Assembly (NCBI GenBank): GCA_963678315.1
Contig: OY782781.1
Coordinates: forward strand, 2,924,752-2,988,751
Direction: 5' to 3'
Length of the DNA stretch: 64,000 bases
Source of the DNA: Candidatus Cloacimonadales bacterium
GTDB taxonomy: Bacteria; Cloacimonadota; Cloacimonadia; Cloacimonadales; JAFGVF01
Shown here: positions 43,822 to 54,044 of the stretch, piece by piece
Position numbering within the stretch: position 1 is the first letter of the stretch
How the letters are laid out: every line of letters begins with the position of its first letter
The notes under the pieces: generated by a model
Database searches by the model: none
Seen by the model: only the letters and a program-made list of their open reading frames with translations
What the model was told of the DNA's origin: nothing
Translations under genes and position numbers: made by a program

Positions 43822-43856
43822 AAGAGCTTTGACTTATGTCAGAGCTCTTTCTTTTT
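43822..43856 (+). terminator. Intrinsic terminator of the 4-gene membrane operon
   Basis: AAGAGCTTTGAC-TTAT-GTCAGAGCTCTT stem followed by a T-rich tail. Confidence 0.8.
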
Positions 43857-44188
43857 GATGTATAAGTATACACAAATATATCGAAGGAAGTATGATAGCA
43901 TTCTGCTAGAGTGCTTTCCATGTTCATGCTTATACAAACTGTAGAGACGTTTGGAAAAACGTCTCAATTGCAAGCAAGTTGCTTGCAACCATCTCTTATG
44001 GGGTGCATTCAATCGTCTTCGCCGATCACGGTCCCTTTTGAATGCGCATCTTTAAACCCTATTCGCAGTCGAGAATTCCTGCAATCCGTAAGCTAGCTTC
44101 CTTGTTCACCTATCTCTGAGCTTAATAGTCTCCTGCATTAAATCTCATTTTAATTCAAGAGGCCTTTGACTATGACAAGAATTCAAAG

Positions 44189-44225
44189 CAAAAAAAAAGA
44201 GAGCCTTGACAAAGTCAAAGCTCCC
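44189..44225 (-). terminator. Intrinsic terminator after ppdK
   Basis: GAGC.TTGAC-AAA-GTCAA.GCTC stem with an adjacent A-run (U-tract on the minus strand). Confidence 0.75.
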
Positions 44226-44260
44226 AATCTATTTTCAATTATCTAAATAATCTTAGTTAA

Positions 44261-46993
44261 TTATGATCTAGGGTTTTTAGCTGCTGCTTGTGCTGCTGCT
44301 AATCTAGCGATAGGTACACGGAATGGTGAGCATGAAACATAGTTCATACCAACACTATGACAGAATTCAACTGATGATGGTTCACCACCATGTTCGCCAC
44401 AGATACCAACTTTAAGTTCAGGTCTAGTTGAACGACCTTTTTCTGTACCCATTTGAACTAATTGTCCAACACCTGATTGATCAAGTTGTTGGAAAGGATC
44501 TGATGGTAGAAGACCTTTTTCAAGATAGATAGGTAAGAATTTACCAGCATCGTCACGTGAGTAACCGAATGTCATTTGAGTAAGGTCATTAGTACCGAAT
44601 GAGAAGAATTCAGCAACTTCAGCAACTTGGTCAGCAGTTAAAGCAGCTCTAGGAATTTCAATCATTGTACCAACCATGTAATCTACAGATTCGCCTGTTT
44701 CAGAAAATACTTTAGAAGCAGTTTCTCTGATGATACTTTCTTGAAGTTTAAGTTCAGCAACTGTACCGATAAGTGGAACCATGATTTCTGGGTGTACATC
44801 GATACCTTCTTTTTTCACATTGATAGCAGCTTCGATGATTGCTCTAGCTTGCATAGCAGTGATTTCTGGGTATGTGTTACCTAAACGACAACCACGGTGA
44901 CCAAGCATAGGGTTGAATTCAGCTAATGATTCAACTTTGTCTTTAACTTCTTGAAGAGTTAAGCCCATTTCGTCAGCCATGATTTGTTGTGCTTTTTCAT
45001 CATGAGGTACGAATTCGTGTAATGGTGGATCAAGTAATCTAACAGTTACACCGAATGTATCCATAGCTCTGAAAATACCTTCGAAGTCTTCACGTTGGTA
45101 AGGTAAAATTTTAGCTAAAGCAGTTTCTCTACCATTAACGTCTTCAGAAAGAATCATTTCTCTAACAGCTTTAATTCTTTCACCTTCGAAGAACATGTGT
45201 TCTGTACGGCAAAGACCGATACCTTGAGCACCGAAGTTTCTAGCTACTTCAGCATCATGTGGAGTATCAGCATTAGTTCTAACATACATGTTTGTGAATT
45301 TGTCTGCAAGTTCCATTAATTTACCGAAGTTACCTGATAATTCAGGATCGATAGTTTCAATGTTACCTTCATAAACTTCACCAGTAGATCCGTTTAATGA
45401 AATCCAGTCGTTTTCACCATAAACTGTACCACCGATTGTAAGTGTTCTTTTCTTATAGTCGATTTTTAAAGCACCAACACCTGATACACAGCATTTACCC
45501 ATACCACGAGCCACAACAGCAGCGTGAGAAGTCATTCCACCACGAGCAGTAAGGATACCTTGAGCAGTGTTCATACCTGCTAAATCTTCAGGAGAAGTTT
45601 CGATTCTAACAAGAATAACTTTTTCACCTTTAGCAAATCTTTCTTCAGCTTCATCAGAGAAGAAACAGATTTTACCTGTAGCAGCACCAGGAGATGCAGG
45701 AAGACCAGAAGCTAATACTTTACCAGCAGCTAAAGCTTCTTTCTTGAATACAGGGTGTAGAAGTTCATCTAATTTGTTAGGTTCAACTCTTAATAGAGCT
45801 GTTTTAGCATCGATGAAACCTTCTTCCATCATTTCGATAGCCATTCTTACCATGGCTGCACCAGTTCTTTTGCCATTACGAGTTTGTAAGAACCATAATT
45901 TACCATCTTGGATAGTGAATTCAAGGTCTTGCATATCTTTATAATGATCTTCTAGTTTTTGTTGAATATCATCTAATTCTTTATAGATTTCAGGCATTGT
46001 TTCTTCTAATGAAGGATAATTAGCTGCTCTGTCTTCTTCTGTAACATTAGCTAATTTAGCCCATCTTCTTGAACCTTCAAGAGTAATTTCTTGTGGAGTT
46101 CTAACACCAGCAACAACGTCTTCACCTTGAGCATTGATTAAATACTCACCATTGAAGATGTTTTCACCTGTAGCAGCGTCACGTGTGAAAGCAACACCAG
46201 TAGCTGAGTTTTCACCCATGTTACCATAAACCATTGCTTGAACGTTAACAGCTGTTCCCCATTCACCAGGAATGCTATTCATTTTTCTATAATAGATAGC
46301 TCTTTCATTATTCCAGCTACCAAACACAGCAAAGATTGCACCCCATAATTGTTCCCAAGGACAATCAGGGAAATCTCTACCTGTATTTTCTTTAACAGCA
46401 GCTTTAAATTTAGCAACTAAAACTTTTAAGTCTTCAACTGTTAAATCTAAATCACTTTCAACACCTTTTGCTTCTTTCACTTCTTCAATGATTTCTTCAA
46501 AAGGATCAATATCTTCTTTTGATTTTGGTTTCATATCAAGAACAACATCACCGTACATTTGTACGAAACGTCTGTATGAATCCCAAGCAAATCTGTCATT
46601 TCCTGATTTCTTTGCAATGCCTTCGACAGCATCATCATTTAAACCAAGATTAAGAACTGTGTCCATCATACCTGGCATTGAAACTCTAGCGCCTGAACGT
46701 ACTGATAAAAGAAGTGGATTTTCATTAGAACCAAATTTAGTTCCAAGAATATCTTCTACATTTTTAATAGCAGCTTCAACTTCTGCTTTCAATAATTCTT
46801 TAATTTTCTCTTCACCAATTGTGTTATATTCAGTACATACATCTGTAGTAATTGTGAATCCTGGAGGCACAGGAACTCCAACCAAGTTCATCTCTGCCAA
46901 GTTTGCACCTTTACCACCAAGAAGGTTCTTCATTGAAGTCTTACCTTCTGCTTTGCCATTGCCAAATAAATAAACGCGTTTCACGTCGGACAT
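44261..46993 (-). CDS. ppdK: Pyruvate, phosphate dikinase
   Basis: [49 protein letters not shown] and GICGEHGG motifs. Confidence 0.98.
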   Translation of the reverse strand: MSDVKRVYLFGNGKAEGKTSMKNLLGGKGANLAEMNLVGVPVPPGFTITTDVCTEYNTIGEEKIKELLKAEVEAAIKNVEDILGTKFGSNENPLLLSVRSGARVSMPGMMDTVLNLGLNDDAVEGIAKKSGNDRFAWDSYRRFVQMYGDVVLDMKPKSKEDIDPFEEIIEEVKEAKGVESDLDLTVEDLKVLVAKFKAAVKENTGRDFPDCPWEQLWGAIFAVFGSWNNERAIYYRKMNSIPGEWGTAVNVQAMVYGNMGENSATGVAFTRDAATGENIFNGEYLINAQGEDVVAGVRTPQEITLEGSRRWAKLANVTEEDRAANYPSLEETMPEIYKELDDIQQKLEDHYKDMQDLEFTIQDGKLWFLQTRNGKRTGAAMVRMAIEMMEEGFIDAKTALLRVEPNKLDELLHPVFKKEALAAGKVLASGLPASPGAATGKICFFSDEAEERFAKGEKVILVRIETSPEDLAGMNTAQGILTARGGMTSHAAVVARGMGKCCVSGVGALKIDYKKRTLTIGGTVYGENDWISLNGSTGEVYEGNIETIDPELSGNFGKLMELADKFTNMYVRTNADTPHDAEVARNFGAQGIGLCRTEHMFFEGERIKAVREMILSEDVNGRETALAKILPYQREDFEGIFRAMDTFGVTVRLLDPPLHEFVPHDEKAQQIMADEMGLTLQEVKDKVESLAEFNPMLGHRGCRLGNTYPEITAMQARAIIEAAINVKKEGIDVHPEIMVPLIGTVAELKLQESIIRETASKVFSETGESVDYMVGTMIEIPRAALTADQVAEVAEFFSFGTNDLTQMTFGYSRDDAGKFLPIYLEKGLLPSDPFQQLDQSGVGQLVQMGTEKGRSTRPELKVGICGEHGGEPSSVEFCHSVGMNYVSCSPFRVPIARLAAAQAAAKNPRS

Positions 46994-47243
46994 TTTTCCT
47001 CCTAACTTTTAGGTTATATATTGTCTTTAAATAAGTTACAACTTAATTATTTTACGCATTCATTTCTAATAACTTATGCTATCTTGTCAATTAATATTTG
47101 GGAAAAACTTAACAATTCTCAAATGAACTCTTTGAATGCTAATTCTTGATTAATTTATGATAAATTTACTATCAATATTAATCATAAAAACACTTCTTAA
47201 CTTGAGACTGACAATACATTATTCGACTAATTCAACAAATAGT

Positions 47244-47271
47244 TTGACATCTAAACTAAAAAAGCTAAAGT
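47244..47271 (+). promoter_or_regulatory. Putative sigma70 promoter repeated in every cassette
   Basis: TTGACA, then 16-17 nt, then TAAAGT/TAACGT/TACGTT in all six leaders. Confidence 0.55.
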
Positions 47272-47302
47272 TTGCAATATTTTTTAATAGCAAGAGGTAA
47301 AC

Positions 47303-47434
47303 ATGAAAGAAAATGGGGTTTATATTTTAAACAAATTTGAAGTAGGACAATTCTACGCTAAAAATCATAACTTAAACTATGGGGCAAACAATCCTCATAA
47401 GTTATATATATATATATATACTTTAGAAATCTAG
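47303..47434 (+). CDS. Putative leader peptide ORF, cassette 1 (homologues at 50331-50471, 53406-53531, 56442-56561, 59516-59635, 62596-62715)
   Basis: AAGAGGT RBS followed by ATG; MKENGVYILNKFEVGQFYAKNHNLNYGANNPHKLYIYIYTLEI*; reads through a (TA)n tract. Confidence 0.5.
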   Translation: MKENGVYILNKFEVGQFYAKNHNLNYGANNPHKLYIYIYTLEI

Positions 47435-47450
47435 CTTTCCCATAAAAAAC

Positions 47451-47482
47451 GACTGAATTCAATGTGAGAGCTGAATTCAGTC
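47451..47482. promoter_or_regulatory. Perfect 11-bp inverted repeat conserved in all leaders
   Basis: GACTGAATTCA-N10-TGAATTCAGTC; also at 50477, 53548, 56586, 59660 and 62740. Confidence 0.75.
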
Positions 47483-47563
47483 CGTAATAAACACTACAAG
47501 TGTTGTGTTGAAATTAATCAACGCAACATTATTACAAAAATAAAAAAAGTAAAGGAAAATATT

Positions 47564-47926
47564 ATGAAAAAGATAATAATAATGTTGTTAGCCTTGTTGG
47601 CTATTGGGATAGTTAGTGCATATACATTAGTGATTAGAACTGATGTACCTGTAGATTTAACAAATTGGATGTATAGATACAACGATAATGGACCATATTA
47701 TCCATGTCCAAATCATGATGAACATTTATCACCTGGAGTTTATACTTATGAATTAGCTGCACCGCATTATAAATTTAACTATAAGTACTTTTCAGAAATA
47801 ACAGGGAATATGAGAACTGGAGTAAAATATTTAGATTTTAGTTCAACAGATGTTATAGAAATTGTGTTCAAAGGTAAACTTGGTATAACACCAATAGAAC
47901 CTGTGTTTCCACCAAGTGGACAATAA
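47564..47926 (+). CDS. Small secreted protein, cassette 1 (type A)
   Basis: Invariant signal MKKIIIMLLALLAIGIVSA, unique mature region, Pro-rich tail ending in Q. Confidence 0.85.
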   Translation: MKKIIIMLLALLAIGIVSAYTLVIRTDVPVDLTNWMYRYNDNGPYYPCPNHDEHLSPGVYTYELAAPHYKFNYKYFSEITGNMRTGVKYLDFSSTDVIEIVFKGKLGITPIEPVFPPSGQ

Positions 47927-47978
47927 TTATAAGTAATTACAAAGGGAGCTAATGCTCCCTTTGAATAAGGAGGAAGAT

Positions 47979-50183
47979 ATGTTAAAAAGACTATTTTTAT
48001 TAGTAATATTACTAGCTATTTTAAGTTTGAGTGCTGTTTTCGACTTAAGTTTAGAATCTGAGTTTAATACTTCGTCTAGAACTAGATGTTTGCACATGAG
48101 TATTGATGGAGATTACTTATGCTACAATAGTTTTCATGGACTACATATTATTGACCAAGACTTTAATGAATTTAATGAGATACCATTGTCCAATATTGAT
48201 GATTTTCAGATGTGCAACAATAATTTATATACATACACTGACCATGGGGAGCTTAATTCATACACAATAGATCTTTATAGGAACTATTTAACCAATAGTG
48301 GAGAATATAGATCTATAACATTTACCAATAGTTCAATGTGGCGAATGTCCAAGTGTAACAATGTTTTATTAATCAACTATTATGACTATGATAATCACGG
48401 ATATCGTACTCTGACTTTAGATTCCTACTTAGCTGTATCTCATATTGAATCTTTAGATGATTATAAATTTCTATCCAAAATTAATAATAGTGATTATATC
48501 TTAGCAAATAATGAGAATAATGATTCAATATGCATGTTCTCTATTTCATCTGAGGCAAATAATACTGTCGATATTATAGACTTGCCAGATAGTAACTATT
48601 ATGAAGGGAGTCTCTACAACAATATATTAGCATTAAGAAACCAAGAAAGTGTTGATTTTATAAATCTAGAGACAAATGAGACTTTCTACAACTATACTTA
48701 TGATGATGCCCTGAACTCATACAATGGTATCTATGTTGATGAGACTGTATTGATTTTTGCTACATACATTGACTCCAGATTTAAACTAAAGGTTGTTGAT
48801 ATTGCTTCAGGAGAACTTCTAATGTACAAGGATGTTAATGATCTAGTGAATCTGCAATATATGGAATTATCATTTTTATCAGAATTGTGTCAATGTGAGA
48901 ATGATTTATATTTAATTGCTAACAATCAACCGTTAATCAAACTACAAGTTAACAATGATGATATTGAGTTAGTTGATTATTTTAACAATGTTTACTCTCC
49001 TATACTAGGGACTTACAGCAATGAAAACTACTTTTATCATTGTAATATTCCAGAGCTACTTGTTACAGATATAAGTGACCCCTCAAATCCTGTTAACATA
49101 GAGCACAATCTCCCAGATGGTATATATCAATGGTATGATATAAATGAACAACTAACTGCTTTGCGATATAATCTTGATAATGGTATGCTATATCACTACA
49201 CAATAGAAAATAATGAAATAGTAAGCTCTGACTCATTAGTTAACCTATCTATTTTTCAAGATGACTATATGACCCCTTTAGATTGTAATGAAGAAAGAGT
49301 AATATATAAAAACTCAGAGGGGGTTAAAGCTGTTGATCTAATAGATCATTCGCTAATGTGGGAGTTAGATTATAACTCACCAGTTATGTTACAAGCAGTT
49401 ATTGGTGATTACTTATATGTTGGTGAATTTATGCACAATGATTATACAGTATATCAGTTTGATAATGAGTCTATTACATTTATTCAAGATTTCCATACTG
49501 ATAACATTGAGTTTGCTGATTTTTACACTCAAGATGAAATGTTAGTTGTTCATGGTTTTGAAGGTGGCTATTGCTATGATATCAGAGAAAATCCTGTACC
49601 GCAAGAGCCAATCTTAGAAGATGTTATAACTAACGTCAACAGTAATATTGTTTCATTTAACAATAGCAAGCTGTTTGTAGGGAATATACTACAAGATGGT
49701 CAAGAATTATCCAACTACTTGTGTTGTATCAATGAAGATGATGGAAACTTCTCTCTTATTGGAGCAATACCTGTAATGTATGAATACGTCAATGTAAGTT
49801 TAAATTACATCGACAATACAAACTTCAACATTATCTTTGATGGAAATGTAGGTTCTGCGATCTATTCATGTCATTTAACCCCCAACGGAAACTTTGAAGT
49901 TCAACCTGTTAATCTAGAATGTTCAAACTACCCTAATCCTTTTAATCCGCAAACGACTATTTCCTATAATATTGATAAAGCGTCAGATGTAGAGCTAACA
50001 ATCTATAATATTAAAGGTCAGAAAGTAAGAACACTTGTTGATGATCAACAAGAAGCAGGTAGACATGATATTGTTTGGGATGGTACAGATAGCAAGGGTA
50101 AGAAAGTAGCTTCAGGAACTTACCTCTATAAGGTAAAAGCTGATGACCAAGAAGTAGTAAATAAGATGTTAATGATTAAATAA
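47979..50183 (+). CDS. Large secreted protein (probable beta-propeller) with FlgD-Ig/T9SS-like CTD, cassette 1 (type A)
   Basis: AGGAGG RBS before ATG 47979, signal peptide, D(I/V)SD P repeats, NYPNPFNP CTD. Confidence 0.87.
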   Translation: MLKRLFLLVILLAILSLSAVFDLSLESEFNTSSRTRCLHMSIDGDYLCYNSFHGLHIIDQDFNEFNEIPLSNIDDFQMCNNNLYTYTDHGELNSYTIDLYRNYLTNSGEYRSITFTNSSMWRMSKCNNVLLINYYDYDNHGYRTLTLDSYLAVSHIESLDDYKFLSKINNSDYILANNENNDSICMFSISSEANNTVDIIDLPDSNYYEGSLYNNILALRNQESVDFINLETNETFYNYTYDDALNSYNGIYVDETVLIFATYIDSRFKLKVVDIASGELLMYKDVNDLVNLQYMELSFLSELCQCENDLYLIANNQPLIKLQVNNDDIELVDYFNNVYSPILGTYSNENYFYHCNIPELLVTDISDPSNPVNIEHNLPDGIYQWYDINEQLTALRYNLDNGMLYHYTIENNEIVSSDSLVNLSIFQDDYMTPLDCNEERVIYKNSEGVKAVDLIDHSLMWELDYNSPVMLQAVIGDYLYVGEFMHNDYTVYQFDNESITFIQDFHTDNIEFADFYTQDEMLVVHGFEGGYCYDIRENPVPQEPILEDVITNVNSNIVSFNNSKLFVGNILQDGQELSNYLCCINEDDGNFSLIGAIPVMYEYVNVSLNYIDNTNFNIIFDGNVGSAIYSCHLTPNGNFEVQPVNLECSNYPNPFNPQTTISYNIDKASDVELTIYNIKGQKVRTLVDDQQEAGRHDIVWDGTDSKGKKVASGTYLYKVKADDQEVVNKMLMIK

Positions 50184-50192
50184 TTCTGTTAG

Positions 50193-50217
50193 GAGCAGGC
50201 TTTTTAGTCTGCTCTTT
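50193..50217 (+). terminator. Cassette terminator (also ~53266, 56304, 59376, 62456)
   Basis: GAGCAGGCT-loop-AGTCTGCTC followed by TTT after every CTD gene. Confidence 0.75.
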
Positions 50218-50589
50218 AATTAATTTTGTTACAGTGAGATAACAAATTATTCGACTAAATCAATAAATAGTTTGACATCTAAATTAAAAATGCTAAAGTT
50301 TGCAATATGTTTTAATAGCAAGAGGTAAACATGAAAGAAAATGGGGTTTATATTTTAAACAAATTTGAAGTAGGACAATTCTACGCTAAAAATCATAACT
50401 TAAATTATGGGGCAAATAATCCTCATAAGCTATATATATATATATACTTTAGAAATCTAGCTTTCCCATAATAAACGACTGAATTCAATGTGAGAGCTGA
50501 ATTCAGTCCGTAATAAACACTACAAGTGTTGTGTTGAAATTAATCAACGCAACATTATTACAAAAATAAAAAAAATAAAGGAAAATATT

Positions 50590-50931
50590 ATGAAAAAGAT
50601 AATAATAATGTTGTTAGCCTTGTTGGCTATTGGGATAGTTAGTGCGAAAACAATACATATACACACAGATATGATAATTGATAACATAGCCGTATATAGA
50701 TACGACCATCTTGGCACCTGTAGTTTGTATAATACATATGGTAATTGTAAAGATATCAGTGGCCTACCTTCAGGAACATACAGAACAGTTATTGACGGAA
50801 AAACTATAATTGATCGTTTCCCTGTTACATGGGTTGAAGATAATATTTGGTTGATTACTGGCGATGAAGTTACTATTGAAAAATACTATGATACGGCGTC
50901 TGGTGATCCAGGAACAGGTAATGAACAATAA
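50590..50931 (+). CDS. Small secreted protein, cassette 2 (type B)
   Basis: Invariant signal peptide; ends GDPGTGNEQ. Confidence 0.85.
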   Translation: MKKIIIMLLALLAIGIVSAKTIHIHTDMIIDNIAVYRYDHLGTCSLYNTYGNCKDISGLPSGTYRTVIDGKTIIDRFPVTWVEDNIWLITGDEVTIEKYYDTASGDPGTGNEQ

Positions 50932-50987
50932 ATAAAGCATTCAGGGTAGATAATCTACCCTGAATTCTACACTTTTAAGGAGGATAA

Positions 50988-53258
50988 ATGGCTTTTTTTA
51001 GAATTTCAACTATCTTATTATTTTGTTTTTTAGCAGTTAGCTTATTTTGTAATGTAGATTTTGAGAGTTCCAATTATTTTGGAATTGCAGATTCACCTCA
51101 AAATTTTTTTAAAAGTATACATATGATGAACGACTTACTAATCTCAGAAACTGCATTTGGGTTAAATTTCAAACAAATTCATGAAGATGGTTCTCTAGAA
51201 AACTTGTGCTCTCTTAGATGTGACAGTCTTAGCAGCATTGTTGCATCCAATAATTATATAGGTATACATTATGGCCATTATAACGACCTAGATGATCTCT
51301 ACCATCTTGTAATCTATGACATTAGTGATGTAGATAATATCCATGAGTTATTCACAATTGATATCGATACATATTCTTTAGAACCAAATGCACATATAAG
51401 TAATAATATTATGGCAGTTAAGGTAAGTGAGTACGAGACTAAAATGTATAATATTGAAACAGGTCAGATTATAAATACTTCCACAACATATTACCCTGAA
51501 CGATATCAGAACAATTATAATGAAATAGGACTTTATCGAAACTTAAGCACTGGCCAATCTGTAGTGTGTAGATTGGAGCAAGATGGTTCATTAACAGAAT
51601 TAGGATCATTAGGAATTGGAAGATTTAAATTTGTAATTTCGAATAATAAACTTGCTGCCTGTAATTTTGATACTTATAAATTGCAACTATATGATTTAGA
51701 TGAAAATGATTACCTTTCTTCAATAGGAGAATTCACTTATGGTTATGAAATAAGTCAAATACCCACATTTTTCTATAAGGACGACTTGTTTGGCTACTAC
51801 CTTACAGAGAATAATGAAGGTTTCTATGATAGATTGATGGTTTATGATGTTTCAGATATGTCAGATATTAACTTAACAGGTGAATATAATATTTTTGATT
51901 TTGATACCATTAGATATAGCTGGTTTGTTGAAATCCAGCAAACTGAAAATTTTATTTATGTTTGCAACCAACCCTATGGTTTATATAAATTAGAGCTTAC
52001 GGATAGCTCTGCTCAAATTGGTGAAAATTATTTAGATAGAGGATATTCGGTTGTAAAAAACTATATTACAGATAATACTTTATTTAATGTTGGCAAAAAA
52101 GGCAAATATCAACTTTTCACCTATGACGTAACAAATGTAAACAATATCACAGAAACAGATAACTACTTTGAAGATAATTGTTTTTACTGGTTTTTTGACA
52201 ATGGAAACTACGTAATAAGTCTTAATAATAACACTTTATTACTGACACTATATAAAAAGATTGGTGAAAATTATGATCAGATATTAAATTTTGAAATAGA
52301 GAATATAGATTTGTTTAATTTGGATATGTTATACTTTGATGAAGATGAGCTTATCTTTTGTCATGAAGAAAGTACATATTATTATAAAATAGAGAACAAT
52401 GAAATGATACTACTAGATGAAGTATTTATTCCTGCTCAGTATGGTATTAATCGTATATATAAGTACTATCAAGGATATTTGTATGCTTTATCTAGGACTA
52501 GTAATTCTCTCAAGATTTATCATCTAGTAGACAATCAATTTGAATATGTTCATGATATTCAAGTAGAATATCAGGGCGGTCCTAGATATATTCTTCAAAG
52601 TGGTTCGCTTATAACAGTAAATGACTGCTATATTTATGATTTGGATATTGACCCAGTAAATCTTAATCATATATGGAATATTAATACAAGTATAATTAAT
52701 GGAACTGCTTCCAAAAAAGATAATACTATTATTTTTGTCGGTCATGATGAAGAAACGTATATGACAAGTCTTGAAAAGAATAAGCTTGTACAGATTTACG
52801 ATGTCAGTGATATTTCTACACCTGCAAAAGTTGGTTATATTGATGTCGGAGAATTTGTAATCAACGCAGATTTTTTACACTATGAAAGTGCCCAAGACTT
52901 TTCTATAATAGTTGAATTAGCTGGTGCAATGAAAGTATACTCCTGCCACATTACCCCCAACGGAGACTTTGAAGTTCAGCCTGTTAAGCTAGAATGTTCA
53001 AACTACCCTAATCCATTTAATCCGCATACAACTATTTCCTATAATATTGATAAAGCCTCAGATGTAGAGCTAACAATCTATAATATTAAAGGTCAGAAAG
53101 TAAGAACACTTGTTGATGATCAACAAGAAGCAGGTAGACATGATATTGTATGGGATGGTACAGATAGCAAGGGTAAGAAAGTAGCTTCAGGAACTTACCT
53201 TTATAAGGTAAAAGCTGATGACCAAGAAGTAGTAAATAAGATGTTAATGATTAAATAA
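50988..53258 (+). CDS. Large secreted CTD protein, cassette 2 (type B)
   Basis: 756 aa, signal peptide, YD(I/V)SD repeats, constant CTD. Confidence 0.88.
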   Translation: MAFFRISTILLFCFLAVSLFCNVDFESSNYFGIADSPQNFFKSIHMMNDLLISETAFGLNFKQIHEDGSLENLCSLRCDSLSSIVASNNYIGIHYGHYNDLDDLYHLVIYDISDVDNIHELFTIDIDTYSLEPNAHISNNIMAVKVSEYETKMYNIETGQIINTSTTYYPERYQNNYNEIGLYRNLSTGQSVVCRLEQDGSLTELGSLGIGRFKFVISNNKLAACNFDTYKLQLYDLDENDYLSSIGEFTYGYEISQIPTFFYKDDLFGYYLTENNEGFYDRLMVYDVSDMSDINLTGEYNIFDFDTIRYSWFVEIQQTENFIYVCNQPYGLYKLELTDSSAQIGENYLDRGYSVVKNYITDNTLFNVGKKGKYQLFTYDVTNVNNITETDNYFEDNCFYWFFDNGNYVISLNNNTLLLTLYKKIGENYDQILNFEIENIDLFNLDMLYFDEDELIFCHEESTYYYKIENNEMILLDEVFIPAQYGINRIYKYYQGYLYALSRTSNSLKIYHLVDNQFEYVHDIQVEYQGGPRYILQSGSLITVNDCYIYDLDIDPVNLNHIWNINTSIINGTASKKDNTIIFVGHDEETYMTSLEKNKLVQIYDVSDISTPAKVGYIDVGEFVINADFLHYESAQDFSIIVELAGAMKVYSCHITPNGDFEVQPVKLECSNYPNPFNPHTTISYNIDKASDVELTIYNIKGQKVRTLVDDQQEAGRHDIVWDGTDSKGKKVASGTYLYKVKADDQEVVNKMLMIK

Positions 53259-53660
53259 TTCTGAGAAGAGCAGGCTGTTTAGTCTGCTCTTTATCTAGGC
53301 TTATTTTATTAGAATAATTTTTTATTCGACCAATTCAATAAATAGTTTGACACATAATTTAAAAAAGCTTACGTTTGCAATATGTTTTAATAGCAAGAGG
53401 TAAACATGAAAGAAAATGGGGTTAATATTTTAAACAAATTTGAAGTAGGACAATTCTACGCTAAAAATCATAACCTAAACTATGGGGCGAATAACCCTCA
53501 TAAGTTATATATATATACTTTAGAAATCTAGCTTTCCCATAAAAAACGACTGAATTCAATGTCAGAGCTGAATTCAGTCCGTAATAAACACTACATGTGT
53601 TGTGTTGAAATTAATCAACGCAACATTATTACAAAAATAAAAAAAATAAAGGAAAATATT

Positions 53661-53984
53661 ATGAAAAAGATAATAATAATGTTGTTAGCCTTGTTGGCTA
53701 TTGGGATAGTTAGTGCGGATACTTTAGTTACTATACATACAGATGTTCAATCAACAATAACATATGATAAAAATTTTCCAAACCAATTTACTGGTGATGA
53801 ATGGTACAATCCTGAAATGCTAGATATTGGCTCATATACAGTACATATTCAATATATGAGCATTGAAGGAATTATGGTTACTTTTGATGATACTTTTTGG
53901 ATCTATGATAATACTCCTAGACTTGATTTAGAATACAACTTTATCACAGCAAAACCTGATCCTGGAACACCAATTAATCAATAA
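53661..53984 (+). CDS. Small secreted protein, cassette 3 (type C)
   Basis: Start set at MKKIII by homology (the ORF track begins at upstream ATG 53559); ends PDPGTPINQ. Confidence 0.85.
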   Translation: MKKIIIMLLALLAIGIVSADTLVTIHTDVQSTITYDKNFPNQFTGDEWYNPEMLDIGSYTVHIQYMSIEGIMVTFDDTFWIYDNTPRLDLEYNFITAKPDPGTPINQ

Positions 53985-54044
53985 CAAAAATAAAACGACC
54001 AAGTCACTTGATGGCTTGGTCGTAAAAATAAAAGGAGACAATTT

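Noticed and set aside
43911..44096. 61-aa ORF
   Set aside because: Overlaps REP-like palindromes between convergent terminators and has no coding signature.
45567..46973. Plus-strand ORFs of 125 and 161 aa
   Set aside because: Antisense shadows of the strongly codon-biased ppdK. The same applies to the other short ORFs nested in rnhB, pyrE, miaA, the thi genes and the array genes.
53559..53660. Longer N-termini for cassette 3 and 4 small proteins
   Set aside because: The upstream ATG is followed by TGA in four of six copies and would bury the signal peptide; the MKKIII start has an AAGGA RBS.
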